Source of the DNA: Octopus sinensis
Lineage: Eukaryota
DNA: 64,000 nt
Assembly (NCBI RefSeq): GCF_006345805.1
Contig: NC_042999.1
Location: forward strand, 92,318,001-92,382,000
Direction: 5' to 3'
Shown here: in pieces, positions 49,233 through 62,380 of the stretch
How positions within the stretch are numbered: the first letter of the stretch is position 1
Layout: the number at the start of each line of letters is the position of its first letter
Position numbers and translations under genes: made by a program
Notes under the pieces: model-generated
Database searches by the model: none
Seen by the model: the letters and a program-made list of their open reading frames with translations, nothing else
Told to the model about the DNA's origin: nothing

Positions 49233-49639
49233 ACATGTATTCTTATTTGCACACCCAGCAACCCTGGTCACCTACTGTAAAATATAAAGAGAACTTTTTT
49301 CAGTTTATTGTACTGTGATACAAAAAAATCCACAACCTTCAATCTCAATAAACCACTATTGTCTATGAAAGTTGTTTTCTATATTTACTATGGATTGCTT
49401 GAAGCTAACTTTCTTCTTGCACCTCGATCCCTGGATCTTATGTGTATATATATATATATATATATAATGCATGGCTATTTCCCTGTTGGTATCAGGGTCC
49501 TGTCTTCTTTCACATTTACTAATATTTTATTCTTTCCTAAATTTACTTTGAGGCTCTTGATTCAAGGTTTTATTTCCATGAATTTCTTTTTCAACTTTAT
49601 TACAGTTTCATCTATAAGAATTATTATAAACAGAAAAGG

Positions 49640-50290
49640 ATGAGGATGCCCTGTTTCATCCCCACCCACACACGAAATTAATAACTGTATTCATTACAAA
49701 CTCCCAATTTGTTGACTGCATTTATGTACATAGCTTGCACAGCTCTTACAAGCCACTCATCAACTCCAAACTTCCTCAATCACAACTAGAATACAGAGCA
49801 GAGAACACTACCCAAAGCCTTTTCTAGGTCAACAAAAGCCAAGTATAGTGGCTTATTTCTGGCTATATGCTCCTCCTGCAACAGTAGACAATATCAGTAG
49901 TACTTCTTGGCACTAAACCAAACTGCATCACATCTATGTTAATTCATCTCCTAATCAATTGTGTTGGAACACTTTCTGTAACCTTCATAACCTGGTCTAA
50001 CAGTGTAATATTTCTGTAGATTTCTCTAATGCATTGCCTTTGTCTTTATAGCTGTTAAATAATTATACTGCAATGCCAGTCATTAGGTATGATACCCTCC
50101 TGTAATATCTGATTCACTATGTTGGTTTGTAACCCATATCGTACATTGTCAAATATTTTAAGTATTTCATCAGGCATTCCTGGAGGACACAGTGCCTTCA
50201 TATCTTTAATCACCCATACTGCTTATCAACATTCCTCAAAAAGCAAATGGTGAAGCAATAAAATCTCTACAAGACATTTAGTAACACATT
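49640..50290 (-). mobile_element. Highly degraded LINE RT fossil
   Basis: Minus-strand remnants ...KALCPPGMPDEILKIFDNV.. and TGIAV*LFN, reminiscent of RT domains 3-4. Clade not assignable. Confidence 0.35.
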
Positions 50291-52394
50291 TTCTATTCAA
50301 AACTCTACAAAATTACATAGCAATTAGGTAAAATATAGAGCTGGGATGTGATAGAAAATAAGATGGATCTTCATCTTATCTCATCTTTGATTAAAAGGCT
50401 CTCTCAATGAAATGTATAATTTTAGATTAATTTTGGTCAAACACATCTATAATTCAAGTAACTGAAAATATAAAACAAAATTTTATCACATAAATTTATA
50501 TATAAATCTATATTTGACAGGTCAAATTGTTCTTGCTTATGAAACATAACAAAAATATCTAAAAGAAGATGATATAAATCTTAATGATAAATTTCATCTT
50601 CAGAATTTAACTTCTACAATATATTTATACAGAAACATACAGACATAGACGAAGTGACCCAACCCTACATACACACACAACTTATTGGAATTTGCAATAT
50701 ATTATATTGATATCGTATTACAGTACTTCAGTCACTATAACAAATTCACTTCTTCCTCAAATTCCTAAACAAAAGATCTGCCAAGATAAAAAGCCACTTC
50801 AAAACTAATGTCCTAATCTTATTCTACTCAAGTATGCTCTCAAAAAATATCTTCAGTATGAATTGTTCTAAATAAAATGAATTGTTCACAACACTTTAAA
50901 CTAATTCATACCATCCACCTACTATGGCTTACACTAACTATACAAGTTATCAAAACCAATATACTGTAATTAAAGTTTTAAATTTGTAAGATGAAATCTT
51001 TCCAATAGAGTATGTTATAGTATATTCAATTCTATCTTAATTATTTCTCTTCTCTCAAAGAAAAAGAAAAAAAAGACTAGACTATGTTTGTTAATCACCA
51101 CAAAAATGTATTAAAAGTCAATTAGATATATTTGAAACTATCTAATTACTTGGTAGCTGCTGATAAGGAAAGAACACAGTTTTGTAAGCAAATAGTTATA
51201 AATATACAATTTACCCATAAAATATATGCTGATTTTTTAAATATCTTAGATACTGGAAAGTTATTGCTCTAATAAAATACATTTTAAAATTTCAAGTCTA
51301 AAACTAATTATTCTGATGAATACATAAATCTGTTACATGTGAAGAGAGAGAGGCAAGTTCCTATTATCAGAATCTGTGACTCGGTTCTGATTGCTGTTTG
51401 AAATGAAGTCAACTTAAACTATCTCATTTACTTGCACTAAAATGCTATGTTCTTGCATCCAATTAAACAGAAAATTTCATTTAGTACTTTTTAATATATA
51501 CTGCACAAACTATAATCTGCATGTTTGGAAGAAAGAATAGAATAAATATAAGACATTGTAAGGTACGTGAAAAAAATTATCAGGAAAATTACTGTTACTC
51601 AGGAAAGAGAGTAGTTGACTGAACCAATCATATTTTATTGATACTTAAAGACAAATTTAGAGGGTCTGAACTCAGAGCAACCAACTTTCTCAAACTGATT
51701 TCTAGAATAAAATATGCAACAATAAAAGCGACAATATTAGAAAAATTAGAAATGTAACCCATGTCATCTTCTGTAAAAAATATTTGATACAACAACGCAT
51801 TAAATATGATGACACCTACTCATGTACTGTTGTTGTTGAGCCCCAGATCAGCCCCGATTGAGCAGACCTATGGTATGCTTAATTAGGGATGAGCTGGTTC
51901 TCAGGTGAAGGGATAATCCTAGCTGGATTGATTGAGCCTAACTGATCAAGGTTGATCTGTCAGGCAAAATCATTCCAGTCATGGCTATCTCTTCTTTTCA
52001 CCATGCAGTATACCCAGGACCACATTATGCAATGTGTCCATTCTTAAGGTGGCAGGATATGATTTGAAGGCAATCAGGCTGCTATTTATAGTAAAGCAAG
52101 TTACCTTATAGAAGTACCCTCTAATGCAGGTAATGTCTTAGAAATAATTCCTAAGTAATTTATGTGTTTTTTCTGTTATTAAATATACATTTTGTATATA
52201 GCAATTCATTCAGTACTACTGTGACAATTAATTGTGAAGCTACACTTCATTATGTCTGGAATTATCTCCAATACTTGCCAACAAAATAAAATTAATGAAA
52301 TTAATCATAAGATATTAATTTTTCTTTACTGTATATTTTATCATATCTTAGCTATGTTGATATCTGCTTACCTATTATTTCAATACTATTATAC

Positions 52395-52640
52395 TAAGTC
52401 TAAGAAGAATTTACTATGTAGTTGCTTGATCTGCTAGAAATAATCCTTTCTGCTATAGGCACAAGGCCTGAAATTGGAGGAGGGGGATAGTAAATTACAT
52501 CAACACCAGTACTCGACTGGTCCTTTTTCCATCGACCCTGAAAGGATGAAAGGCAAAGTCGACCACATGGAATCTAAAGGACAACATGCTTCTAAGCATT
52601 TCACCCAGTATGCTAACAATTCTGCCAGCTCACCTGCTAG
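52395..52640 (-). mobile_element. SINE family A
   Basis: ATCGACCCTGAAAGGATGAAAGGCAAAGTCGACC...GCTAACAATTCTGCCAGCTCACC. Confidence 0.8.
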
Positions 52641-53669
52641 AAATAATAGCAAAGGTTACCTCGCTAGAAGGAGGTGGTATACAATAGATACTGCTAACTA
52701 CAAGGTTCAATGATCTGCCATGCATTTCTAACATGTCTAAATTTAAATCCAACTGGAATGTGTTTGAGGCCATTTACATAGCTAGCAAAAATGAACTTAT
52801 GTCTGTAGTCAACTTTGTGTAAGAATGTACCTAAATTCATTAGTATTTCTGGTGAGAATGGGCTGGTGTATGTGTGAATGTGTGTCTGATATGACTATGC
52901 TTAAACCCAGAGGGATATCTTTGAATTTGAATCTTTGCCTGTGTCCTGTCTGGATGGTACATCATGTGTTGATACCTCCACAGTCAGATGAATGAAAAGG
53001 AAGAGGACCAAAACAAAAAAGAGAGAAAAAGAAAGAGAGAGATTGATTGCCTTTTCATTTGTTTAATTCATTTTTTGCAATGAACAAAATATATTTAACC
53101 TGTATTTGAATACTGGAAACAATGTTGTGTACGAAAGCTATTGGGAGCATAAAAAAAGTACTTAGTTCATAAAGAATTAAGGAATTACATCTATGATGAA
53201 TACATATAGTCTATGCAGTATCAGAAAAGTACATATAGAGTGTTTCATGTACGTTTAACAGATTGTGCTTTTATTCTTTTTAAAGGTAACACTTCTGATT
53301 CCATCATGGATATTTTGTGATTCTGTCATGAAGTTCACTGACCATGAACTTTCAAATAAAAGAACCTAGGGATATGTTTCAAGCAGTTGTAAGAATTTGG
53401 CATACAAGCAGAATTTTTGTAATAAAGATAATTTCTAGCCCATTTCTTTTGCTATGTGACAGAGTCACATAATTTCAGTTAATGATAAGTAACTAAGTAC
53501 AATTTGTCTCAGAATGTGTTTTCTACTTATTATTCCTATTGATGATGTTTATCATTACAAAAGCATTATTGTTGTGAAATTTTGAGAAATAATTTGAAAA
53601 TATGACCCTGAATCAAGAAAATTCTATGTAGATAGTGTCATGCTGGAGATCATAAAATAAACAAGGGCA

Positions 53670-53830
53670 TATATATTATGTATGGTTAAAATATTCACTT
53701 CACAACCACATATGACTTTGGTTTGATCCAACTCTATGGTATCTTGGGCAAGTGTCTTCTGCTGTAACCTTAGGCCAGCCAATACTTTATGAGTGAAATC
53801 TGGTATATGGTAACTATGCAGAAACTTTAA
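53670..53830 (+). mobile_element. SINE family B, degraded
   Basis: CAACCACATATG...GGTATCTTGGGCAAGTGTCTTCTGCTGTAACCTTAGGCCAGCCAATACTTTATGAGTG. Confidence 0.7.
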
Positions 53831-53942
53831 AATAAAGAGCTAGTTCAATGTTTATATGCAATGTTTAAACTAATTTTAAGCTATACTTTTATTTCTAATT
53901 TTCAATCTCAGTTCTAAGAGATAGTTATTTACATACAACAGC

Positions 53943-54810
53943 CATCATCATTATCATCACTGTTTAACGTCAGTTTTCTATGCTGGCATGAGTTGGACAG
54001 TTTGACTGGAGACTAGCAAGTCAAGAGACCGCACCAGACCCCAATTTGATCTGGCAATGTTTCTACAGCTGGATGCCCTTCCTAACCCAACCACTCCAAG
54101 AGTGTAGTGGATGTTTTTTACGTGCTACCAGCATAGGAGCTAGTCATGTGGCACTGGCATTGGCCACGTTCGGATGGTACTTTTTATGTGCCACTGGCAC
54201 AGGAGCCAGTTGGGAATCTGATAGATTCCATGGTGTGCATAAAGGCTTTGGATTTGATTCAAGGAATGAGAAGGGAAAAAGGCTGCTAAAGTTCTGTAAT
54301 GCTAATGGACATGATAATCTTCAGACAAGAAAATCAATAGCTAAGTGACAGACTTGAAAAGTCTGTAAGAATGGGGGCAGCCAAGAATTTTACCATGTAG
54401 CTTGAAGGAAAGTTAGGTGATAGGTTTACTTAGTAAGGAGAAAAGCAGAACAGGAGATTTGCCAATGTTCTATGATGTGAGAGTCAGAGGCATGAATTGT
54501 TCCACTCTGCAAGACAGGGTTCTAAAGAGAATTGTCATATTGTAAATGAGAAGTATGTATAGATGGATGATGGTAGTGCTACATGAGAAAAAGAGACTCT
54601 TCCCAAGATGGAGCTAATAGAAAGACCAACCACTCTATATAAAGCAATTAAAGATATGAAAGCAGAGAAAATTCCTGTTTCATCAGAAGTTACTGCTGAA
54701 ATGCTTAAAACATCTGGCAGAGTAGGATATGGAAAAGTCACTCATATAGTCAATTGTGTTGTACTGGAAGGTCTCATCAACAATGACTGGTGTAACAGCA
54801 TGTAAAAGTC
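53943..54810. mobile_element. RTE 3'UTR stub (minus, 53943-54200) fused to RTE APE/RT fragments (plus, about 54215-54810)
   Basis: (CAT)n GTTTAACGTCAG...GGATGCCCTTCCTAAC. Then GFGFDSRNEKGKRLLKFCNAN (APE) and AIKDMKAEKIPVSSEVTAEMLKTSGRVGYGKVTHIVN..V.EG.I.NDW (RT N-terminus). Confidence 0.7.
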
Positions 54811-56764
54811 GAATCAAATGTTGAAGTGGTATACAATAAGCAAATTCAGTGTAGTATAGCATCAGGTGAAACAATTAGAGGAAAATAGAGTTGGACAATT
54901 ACGGTGAATGATGAGTTTTGAAAGCTTGACTAGCTACCCAAAAAGACTTATAATAATTTAAGGAATTCCCAATAGTACATTCATGAAACATGATCCACAA
55001 TTTCATATTTCTACAAAGGTTTGAACTCAGGAGAGAAGTGAAGTTGAAGGGATGAATTAGAATACCATTTAGGATTCAGTCTATCTTGAAACTGTATTCA
55101 TTGATTTATAAGAAAGCAAATATTAAACTATTTAGTAATGATAATAATATTGATAACGTTGCAAAATGTAACTTTATTCATATGGTATTATAATGCCATT
55201 CTATTAGAGAAAACATAATAAATTCTAATAAAATGTGGACATTAAGTCATTATAGCAATCTAATTAGATCATTTACAAGACATAAGAGATTATACTAGTG
55301 TATTCAGTAACATTTGGTTAAACTTATGAAATACTGCACACTATAAACAGAAATTGAAGTCATCTACTATATTTAAATTAACAAAGATTTACTTGCTATT
55401 ATCAATTAAAGAGAAGCAAAAACAAGAGTCAAGTTGCAAGATTTTTGTTTTACAGTATCCAATTTGTCATCTCTATACTGAGTTCAAAATTTGATAGAGT
55501 TGGGGAGTTTGCTTTTCATTTTCTCATTCTTTTAGGAAATTATAAAGTACCAGTAATATCTTGGTTTCATTTAATTGGCCATAGCTCCCATCCCTTACAA
55601 AATTAGCTGCAAAGATTAAGATCACTGAACAAAATCGTAAATCAAATTTTAACTGTGGAGAAATAAATTAGAGCAATAACTTATGCAAATTGACTTTCTC
55701 ATAAAACATTTTTTTCTATGGCAATGAAAATTTACGTTGCTACTGATAGAGGAAGTGTTCACCTTTGTAAGCATTCTATGAGTCAAAATTTTTTTATTAG
55801 TTTCTGGTACTGAGCTTTAAAACTAACAAGGGACCATTTTACAGAGTTATGGGATCTTTAAAGCTTATTTACTTTAGATATAAAACAAAGACAATAAAAT
55901 ATTGTCATTACTGCTTAATAGATCCATTAAGAAATTCAGTGCTTTCTCCACAATGTCGTATATTTAAAACCACATCAATTTCTAACAGTAAGCTAAAAAA
56001 ATATTTCCCAATTAAAGAGTACCTACCGAAGTGTATAGATCTTTCATTAGGAATTTTAATTTAGCTTGCTAGCAGCACAAAAGAGGGTCAACTTTTTTAG
56101 TCATTTGTAAAATATAGTATTGATAAGAATAACCCGGCAGTCTACAAATACAGCTAGTTGTAGCATTCTTTTATTACGAATAAGGAGAAATATGGGATAA
56201 CTGGATGAAGGGAGAAGAAAATAAAGCTAAAATGTAAATGTGGGAGTAAAAACAGAACATATACTGAGAGACACGTAGACATAGAGACTGTTACTAAAAG
56301 AGAGATAGCGAGAGAAAAATATGGAAAAAAAAAAAGAAATAAAAGTTAATTCTGAGGGAGTGGAGGGAAATTCTAAGCAGACTGGAAGCTGTATCACAAG
56401 ATTAAGAAGTATTAGCAGATAATGTATCACTTAACCAAACAAAGAAAGCAAACACAAACTATCAACCAATTATCCCAGGGATCTTAGACATAAATACACA
56501 ACCTTCTTGAAATGAGAGCTAAATCTCTTTTACGCCTTACTGTTTTAAAAAGGAGGAAGGACACAGGATAATGTAGCTCTAGATATGCAAAATAACAAAA
56601 TGGTCAAAGCTGGAATGCTGTTCATGAAGACAATGTTGATCAGTACATTTGTGAGCAATTTGAACACACACTGATAAAAGATGTAAGTATGTGTGTAGTT
56701 GATTTCTGGGTCCTCGTATTTGATTGTGAATTATAAAAATGCAGAACGTACCGGTTTTTCCTAC

Positions 56765-57080
56765 CTGGCTTAATCTAAAAATCAAAGCCATGCCTTTAAA
56801 CATGGTTTCTTGATTCTGTGACGCAGATGGAGAGAAGAGAATAACATAGAATAAACAATATTTTTGCAATATATTAAACGAAACATTTTTCTTATTTTAA
56901 ATCACGTTATTGTTCATGAATACCCACCTTTTCAACTTGAAAGAATCTAACCCTTTGAAATAAAAATCTTGTGATAAAATTTTAAGGGAAAATAAGGTAG
57001 AACAATTTCTGAACTCACACAACATTCTATCTTCGTGTCGGGACGACGCCAATCATAAAGCAGACGATAGAGTTTCCGTT
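56765..57080 (-). other. M1AP: Candidate 5'UTR first exon of the M1AP homologue
   Basis: Donor CAG|gtagga at 56765/56764, immediately below a CpG-rich promoter-like patch. The first coding exon has an acceptor and so needs an upstream exon. TSS and upstream boundary are inferred only. Confidence 0.35.
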
Positions 57081-57250
57081 GCTATCCGGAAGCTTTTGTT
57101 TTATTTTCCGCCGTAACTGTCCGTAAAGATAGTTCATGGCTTGGCATTTTTTTTTTATTATTATTTTTCGTTCTGCTTTGGTTGACCAGGATAGCAACGA
57201 TTCATCGAAAGTTTATTGTACTTTGCTAAATGATCTAGTAGAACGATGAT
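56980..57250. promoter_or_regulatory. CpG-rich promoter-like region (possibly bidirectional)
   Basis: Dense CpGs in unique sequence; CCAAT at 57049-57053; ETS-type CCGGAAG at 57086-57092; inverted 11-mers containing TAGCAAC (57077-57087, 57189-57199). Marks the onset of CpG retention. Confidence 0.55.
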
Positions 57251-57384
57251 AAAAAAAAAAAAGAAATATTAAAGCCATGACCACCCATCGGTAAAAGGGT
57301 ACCAAGTTATTTTCATCTTCTGCTTTTTCTTTCTCCGGCAAATTTTATCCGATTAACATCAGTGAGTACGAGTCGACATTTAAA

Positions 57385-57545
57385 AAATTGGTTTCAAATT
57401 TTTGCTCAAGGCCAGCAATTTCGAAGAAGGGGATAAGTTGATTACATCGACCCTAGTGCTCAGATGGTATTTATTTCATTGACCCCAAAAAGATGAAAGC
57501 CAAGTCAACATCGGTGGAATTTGAACTCAGAGCATAAAGACCGAC
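57385..57545 (-). mobile_element. SINE family A, partial
   Basis: TTGGTTTCAAATTTTTGCTCAAGGCCAGC...GATGAAAGCCAAGTCAACATCGGTGGAATTTGAACTCAGA. Confidence 0.75.
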
Positions 57546-58493
57546 TAATCGAATTTCGATTGTTTGAATTCTTTTCTTTTAATTATTTTGGCCACTACCT
57601 CACCTCTGAGAGAACTCAACTGTCCGTAACTTTACCGGGGATGGAGTCTGATTTATATAATCTCTATAGAGTTAGGAAACAATGATTTAAAAAATAAAAA
57701 AAATAAATTTTTTAATAACCCCCACCCCTTTTCGTCCAATCTTTGCCAGTAACCGGCCGTAATTTTTTTTATTTCTGAAGTTTTTGGCGATTGATTTATA
57801 TTTATTTATTTTTGAATTATATGTAACATACTTCAATTCTGCAAGTAAACGTTAAGTTGTTCACAAGCTCAAACTTTCTGTCATAGTAAGATAGACCGAG
57901 GTACCTATTTCAAATCCGCCCAGCCATATTTTTCATTACTATCTCATGATAGTTCAATTAGTATTTTCTTAAGACGTTATTTGTGTGTTATTAATGGAAG
58001 TTTGGATACTATATACAGTCGGATCGGTTGCTTGATCACGATTTTTAAAAAAATCAGTTACATGAGAGGAAAAAGCACATGCCGACATAAATATACAACA
58101 CAGTTGCCAGAATGAAACGAGTTAAAAAGCATAAAACTTCAGATTAAAATTAAATACCTCCTTCACTAGTATAACATTGAAATCTTATACCAAACACTAA
58201 CATTTAATATCGTAATTTCACCACATATACACACATACATGTATGTGTGAGTTGGTATTATGTATCTAGTCATCTATTTAAATCGAAAACACAGCAAGTG
58301 AAAGCGTACACTAACATTTTTTTTTCGCTCGGCATTGTGTAATATACGAGACAGGAGGTCGAGAATACGAATCCAGAAAAAAAGTTACGTTCCGTCTTTG
58401 GTTGCCCATCACCTATAGAATATGCATGACCACCACCATGAAAAATAATGCTCGTACTAACAACTATTGGGATGACAGGAATAAGCTACTCAA

Positions 58494-58725
58494 AGGCGGT
58501 GAGTTGGCAGAAACGTTAGCACGCTGGGCGAAATGCTTAGAGGTATTTCGTCTGCCGTTACGTTCTGAGTTCAAATTCCGCCGAGGTCGACTTTGCCTTT
58601 CATCCTTTCGGGGTCGATTAAATAAGTACCAGTTACACACTGGGGTCGAATATAATCGACTTAATCCGTTTGTCTGTCCTTGTTTGTCCTCTCTATGTTT
58701 AGCTCCTTGTGGGTAGTAAACAAAT
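58494..58725 (+). mobile_element. Intact tRNA-derived SINE family A with TSD
   Basis: GGCGGTGAGTTGGCAGAAACGTTAG (A-box region), GAGTTCAAATTCC (B-box), CpG-rich core. Flanked by a 17-bp direct repeat AGGAATAAG(C/T)T(A/G)CTCAA (58477-58493; 58726-58742). Confidence 0.9.
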
Positions 58726-59834
58726 AGGAATAAGTTGCTCAAGCTCGTCGGTCACTGCCATCCCTCAATTTGGCATGTCATAGAATAGTTCCAGTGTGAA
58801 CAAGCGACAGTGAATACAATTATCCGGCTGCATGCTGTTGGTAATCATTTCAAGGAAGTCGTCGTCGGTTCTATGTACTGCTACAAGAACGAAATTTGCA
58901 CACCTGTATGTTGCTCGATGGGAAAACCATTACTGTCAGTTTCTTGGAGGAGTTGGCTTGAATATTCGTCTTTAAAAATATTCATCAGCTTTAAAAATAT
59001 TGAAGATACATGTGTTGTTACGATCCATTGTAAGGAGTTTTCAATATGTACATATCATGTATTGTTAATAAATGACTGCAATTTTTGTTTCGTTATGTAA
59101 CTTTGCTTAAGAAATTGAATAAAAGTCTTTTCATGTGTAATGCCATAATATATAGTGTACAAGTTATGTACTGTCAGTTTATTAATGGTTTAAAATATTT
59201 TTGCTCATAGTATCTAAGTAAAATATGACTTTTTCCTAGCTGACTTTTGTCTGTGACAATTTTCCGAATACCTCTATCAAACCTTCTCTCGGAAACTAAG
59301 GAGGGTATATTAATTCTTTTTTTCTTTCATTCAGGACCACTATATTCTACACGCTGAAGGCACGTTATCTTTTTTTATCTTGTTCAGCTCAACCTGTCTT
59401 CAGGAGGTTAGCACGTTGTCAGATTTGATTTTAGTGAGACGTACAGAGATTGATTCCGCCTTCCTGATCAGTTATGAGTGAATAAACAAATATGTGTCGT
59501 TCGGACATGGGTACTGAAAGAATTAAGTGCCTTCACATAATTATGTCCGGATATTTATTTTCCCTTTCACTCAGTATAACGGAATATTATCACCTATTAC
59601 TTTAACCGGAAATTTTGTTCGGCTAAAGGTTGTCACCAAACATTTCACTTTGAAAGACGCTACTGTACATGGTTCAACATAAAGGAGAGTAACGCAAGTG
59701 TGTGTGCTTGCTAAATTTAAGAATAACAACGAAATATTTACTGATTGGGGAACTCAGTACTGCAGTAGGGCAAAATTTATTGCAAAATTCAACCTGGTCG
59801 GTTAAATAAACTGTCAGATGAATTTAATGTAGTT

Positions 59835-60040
59835 GTGAACACACGCACATATATACATACGTATGTACGTACATACATACATATGTACCCACGTACGTAC
59901 GTACACACGCACGTACGCACACACGTACGTAAATATATATGTACATACAAACAGCCATTCACCCGCCCATCCATCCATACATACATCCATCCATCCATAC
60001 ATACATACATACATACATACATCCATACATACATACATGC
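59835..60040. repeat. Compound tetranucleotide microsatellite (TACG/CACG, CATC, CATA)
   Basis: Directly visible; generates several spurious ORFs. Confidence 0.95.
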
Positions 60041-60324
60041 AAGAGAAATGGAAACTGGAGACAAACGCACAAGATGTTATTTAAATCATTTATCTCACCA
60101 ACAACTATTTCTCGGTGGGGTATTAAACTGTAGTTAGGCCTTTTTCAATAAAAGTTAAAGTTAACGGATTAACGTTAACTTCCGTTACCTTTTCAAAGAA
60201 TTAACGGGCTAATGATTAACGAAGTTCACTTTCGATTAATGGTGTCCACCTCTGAATATATATATATATATTGTATTTTCTACTTCTATTTCCATGTCTA
60301 GTTATATTTGCAATATATTATGTA

Positions 60325-60712
60325 CTAGCAGCATAGCCCGGCGTTGCCCGGGTTTATAAGAGTCCCTAGTAGGCAACGACTAATACCAATCTAGTCCTTT
60401 CCCTCTAGGGAACGAAGGCGCATGTGTAGGTTGCAATGTCTTCTCTTCACTCGAATACTTCTGTGTATACGATGTTCCTAGCTGTCCCTTTGGGCGAAAA
60501 CATGAAAATATCATTGCGTCTCCCAACGCGTGAACAGCCCACGTAGAGTTGACCGTGGGCGAAGCACTGTTCGCCCAACTGTAACCCAGCGACTTGTAGC
60601 GTTTGGCCTTGGGATTTATTGATGGACATTGCGAAGCAGAGTTTAACAGGAAACTTGTTTCAGTCATTTGACTGCGGCCATGCTAGTGCACCGCCTTTAC
60701 TCAAACATATAT

Positions 60713-60751
<39 letters not shown>

Positions 60752-61459
60752 CATATACATGTACATACATATATATATATGCGTGTGTTGTGAGTATATG
60801 TATGTGTATGTGTATGTATATATATATACATTGCAACCTACACATGCGCCTTCGTTCCCTGAAGTGGATTGGTAGGTCACCGCCCGACGGTTGAAGGTGC
60901 ATGCGTGGAATGAAGACGTCCTCTCCCTTCCCACAACGGGTAAGTATTGTGGCCGTCATTAAATGTGGTGGCAAATGTTTCACAACCAGACGTGTGCCGT
61001 TGCACTGTTTAGGTGGAACCAAATTCCTGATGAGCATAATGGGCGCACCGACTTTTAACTTCAGGATGTGTGGCGGTTCAAGTGAATTCAGGAATTCAAC
61101 AGGATAATCGGCAAGCTCGGCGGGGTCTGCTGTCCTATCAATAGATTTGTAGACGTGGACATCACCAGGAATAGCTTCAAGTAGCTGGATATTGATGGAG
61201 TTGAGAGTTAAAAAGGTCGAGTTGCGTCCCCTAGACAGTCTGTGGTTTGTGTTTCTGATTCTCGACCCCATGTCGAATTTATCGATTTTTTTCAGAACTG
61301 GGGGAACTTTTCAAAATTTTCGCTGCGTTAGTTTTGAATTATGACATTGGGCTATGTGTGTGTCAAGTTTCATCAGAATCGGTTGAAAGCCGTGGTCAGG
61401 GTGAGGGTACAACCTGACAGACACACAGACAGACAAAATGCCGTTTATATATAGAGAGA
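60325..61459 (-). mobile_element. Helitron internal-deletion derivative carrying a PIF1-type helicase C-terminus
   Basis: Canonical termini on the minus strand: A|TC at 61459 and CTAG|T at 60325, with the subterminal hairpin CCCGG-GCAACG-CCGGG. Peptides YPVEFLNSLEPPHILKLKVGAPIMLIRNL...CNGTRLVV...VFIPR and FAMSINKSQGQTLQVAGLQL...CFAHGQLYVGCSRV. Confidence 0.92.
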
Positions 61460-61558
61460 TAATGTCATTGCTGTTATGTAATGGTTTAATAAAGTATTTA
61501 TTGGGTATTATCTGATGGTTGATAATTGATTTAGGTATGTTTCTCCATTTTCTCATTT

Positions 61559-61595
<37 letters not shown>

Positions 61596-61999
61596 GCAAA
61601 TTGAGATAGGGGTTGTAAATGCAACCCTTCATGGGATAACATATATCCAATATACTGCCAGTGAAGTACCCAACAAAGTTAATACATAAATGTTAAGAAT
61701 TGCGATGCAATTAATTCATTTACTGTATTATATGGGCAAAAGTAAAATGTTTTACCACGAATTCATAATACAAAATAAGAAAATGGAGAAATACATCCAA
61801 ATCAAATATCAACTACCAGATAATACCCAATCACATACTTTATTAAACCACCACATAAGAAACTTGAAGTCCAAACATAATAATATATGACAAGACAGTG
61901 TACATAATTGTGATTGTATGTGGTTGTTACTTTTGACTGTTTCTTCTTAATAAGGATAATTGATTGATAACGAATCTTAACACAATATATATACAATTT

Positions 62000-62380
62000 C
62001 AAGTGGAATCGGACATCATATATTATGATGTCCGAGAAAAAGAGAGAGGGAAGAAGAGAGACAGCATAACGACGGTTTTGATTGACTGTCATCCTGTACT
62101 CTCCTTATTGCTAGCCAAATGGTATGTGCCGGCTGTTTGAGCAAATTCGTTGCTTTTAATGGCGGAACAAACAGGACAAAAAGATTACAAAAATAGCGAT
62201 TCTCACTTTGAAACAAACAATTTTGAAAATCTTTTTAGATTACGGAATGTCCTGCTCTCTCATGTATCCATGTTTAAAAATTCAGCGCGATCGGATGACC
62301 AACACTCGAGTTATAAGCGCACAAACAGACAGAACGGATTTTATATTATATTATATTATAAACAGAGAGAGAGAGAGAGA
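62000..62380. mobile_element. Helitron-derived (HINE/DINE-like) non-autonomous element
   Basis: AAAATTCAGCGCGATCGG...CGAGTTATAAGCGCACAAACAGACAGAACGGATTTTATATT resembles the end of the 60.3-61.5 kb Helitron (AAGTTTCATCAGAATCGG...ACAGACAGAC...TTTATATA). A perfect hairpin lies near the other end. Confidence 0.5.

Noticed and set aside
60130-60255. hAT-like MITE end (GTTAAC-rich, ...GTCCACCTCTG)
   Set aside because: Only one plausible terminus is visible; no matching TIR or 8-bp TSD found.
60380-61271. Host PIF1 helicase gene
   Set aside because: Fragmentary, intronless, interrupted, and enclosed by canonical Helitron termini.
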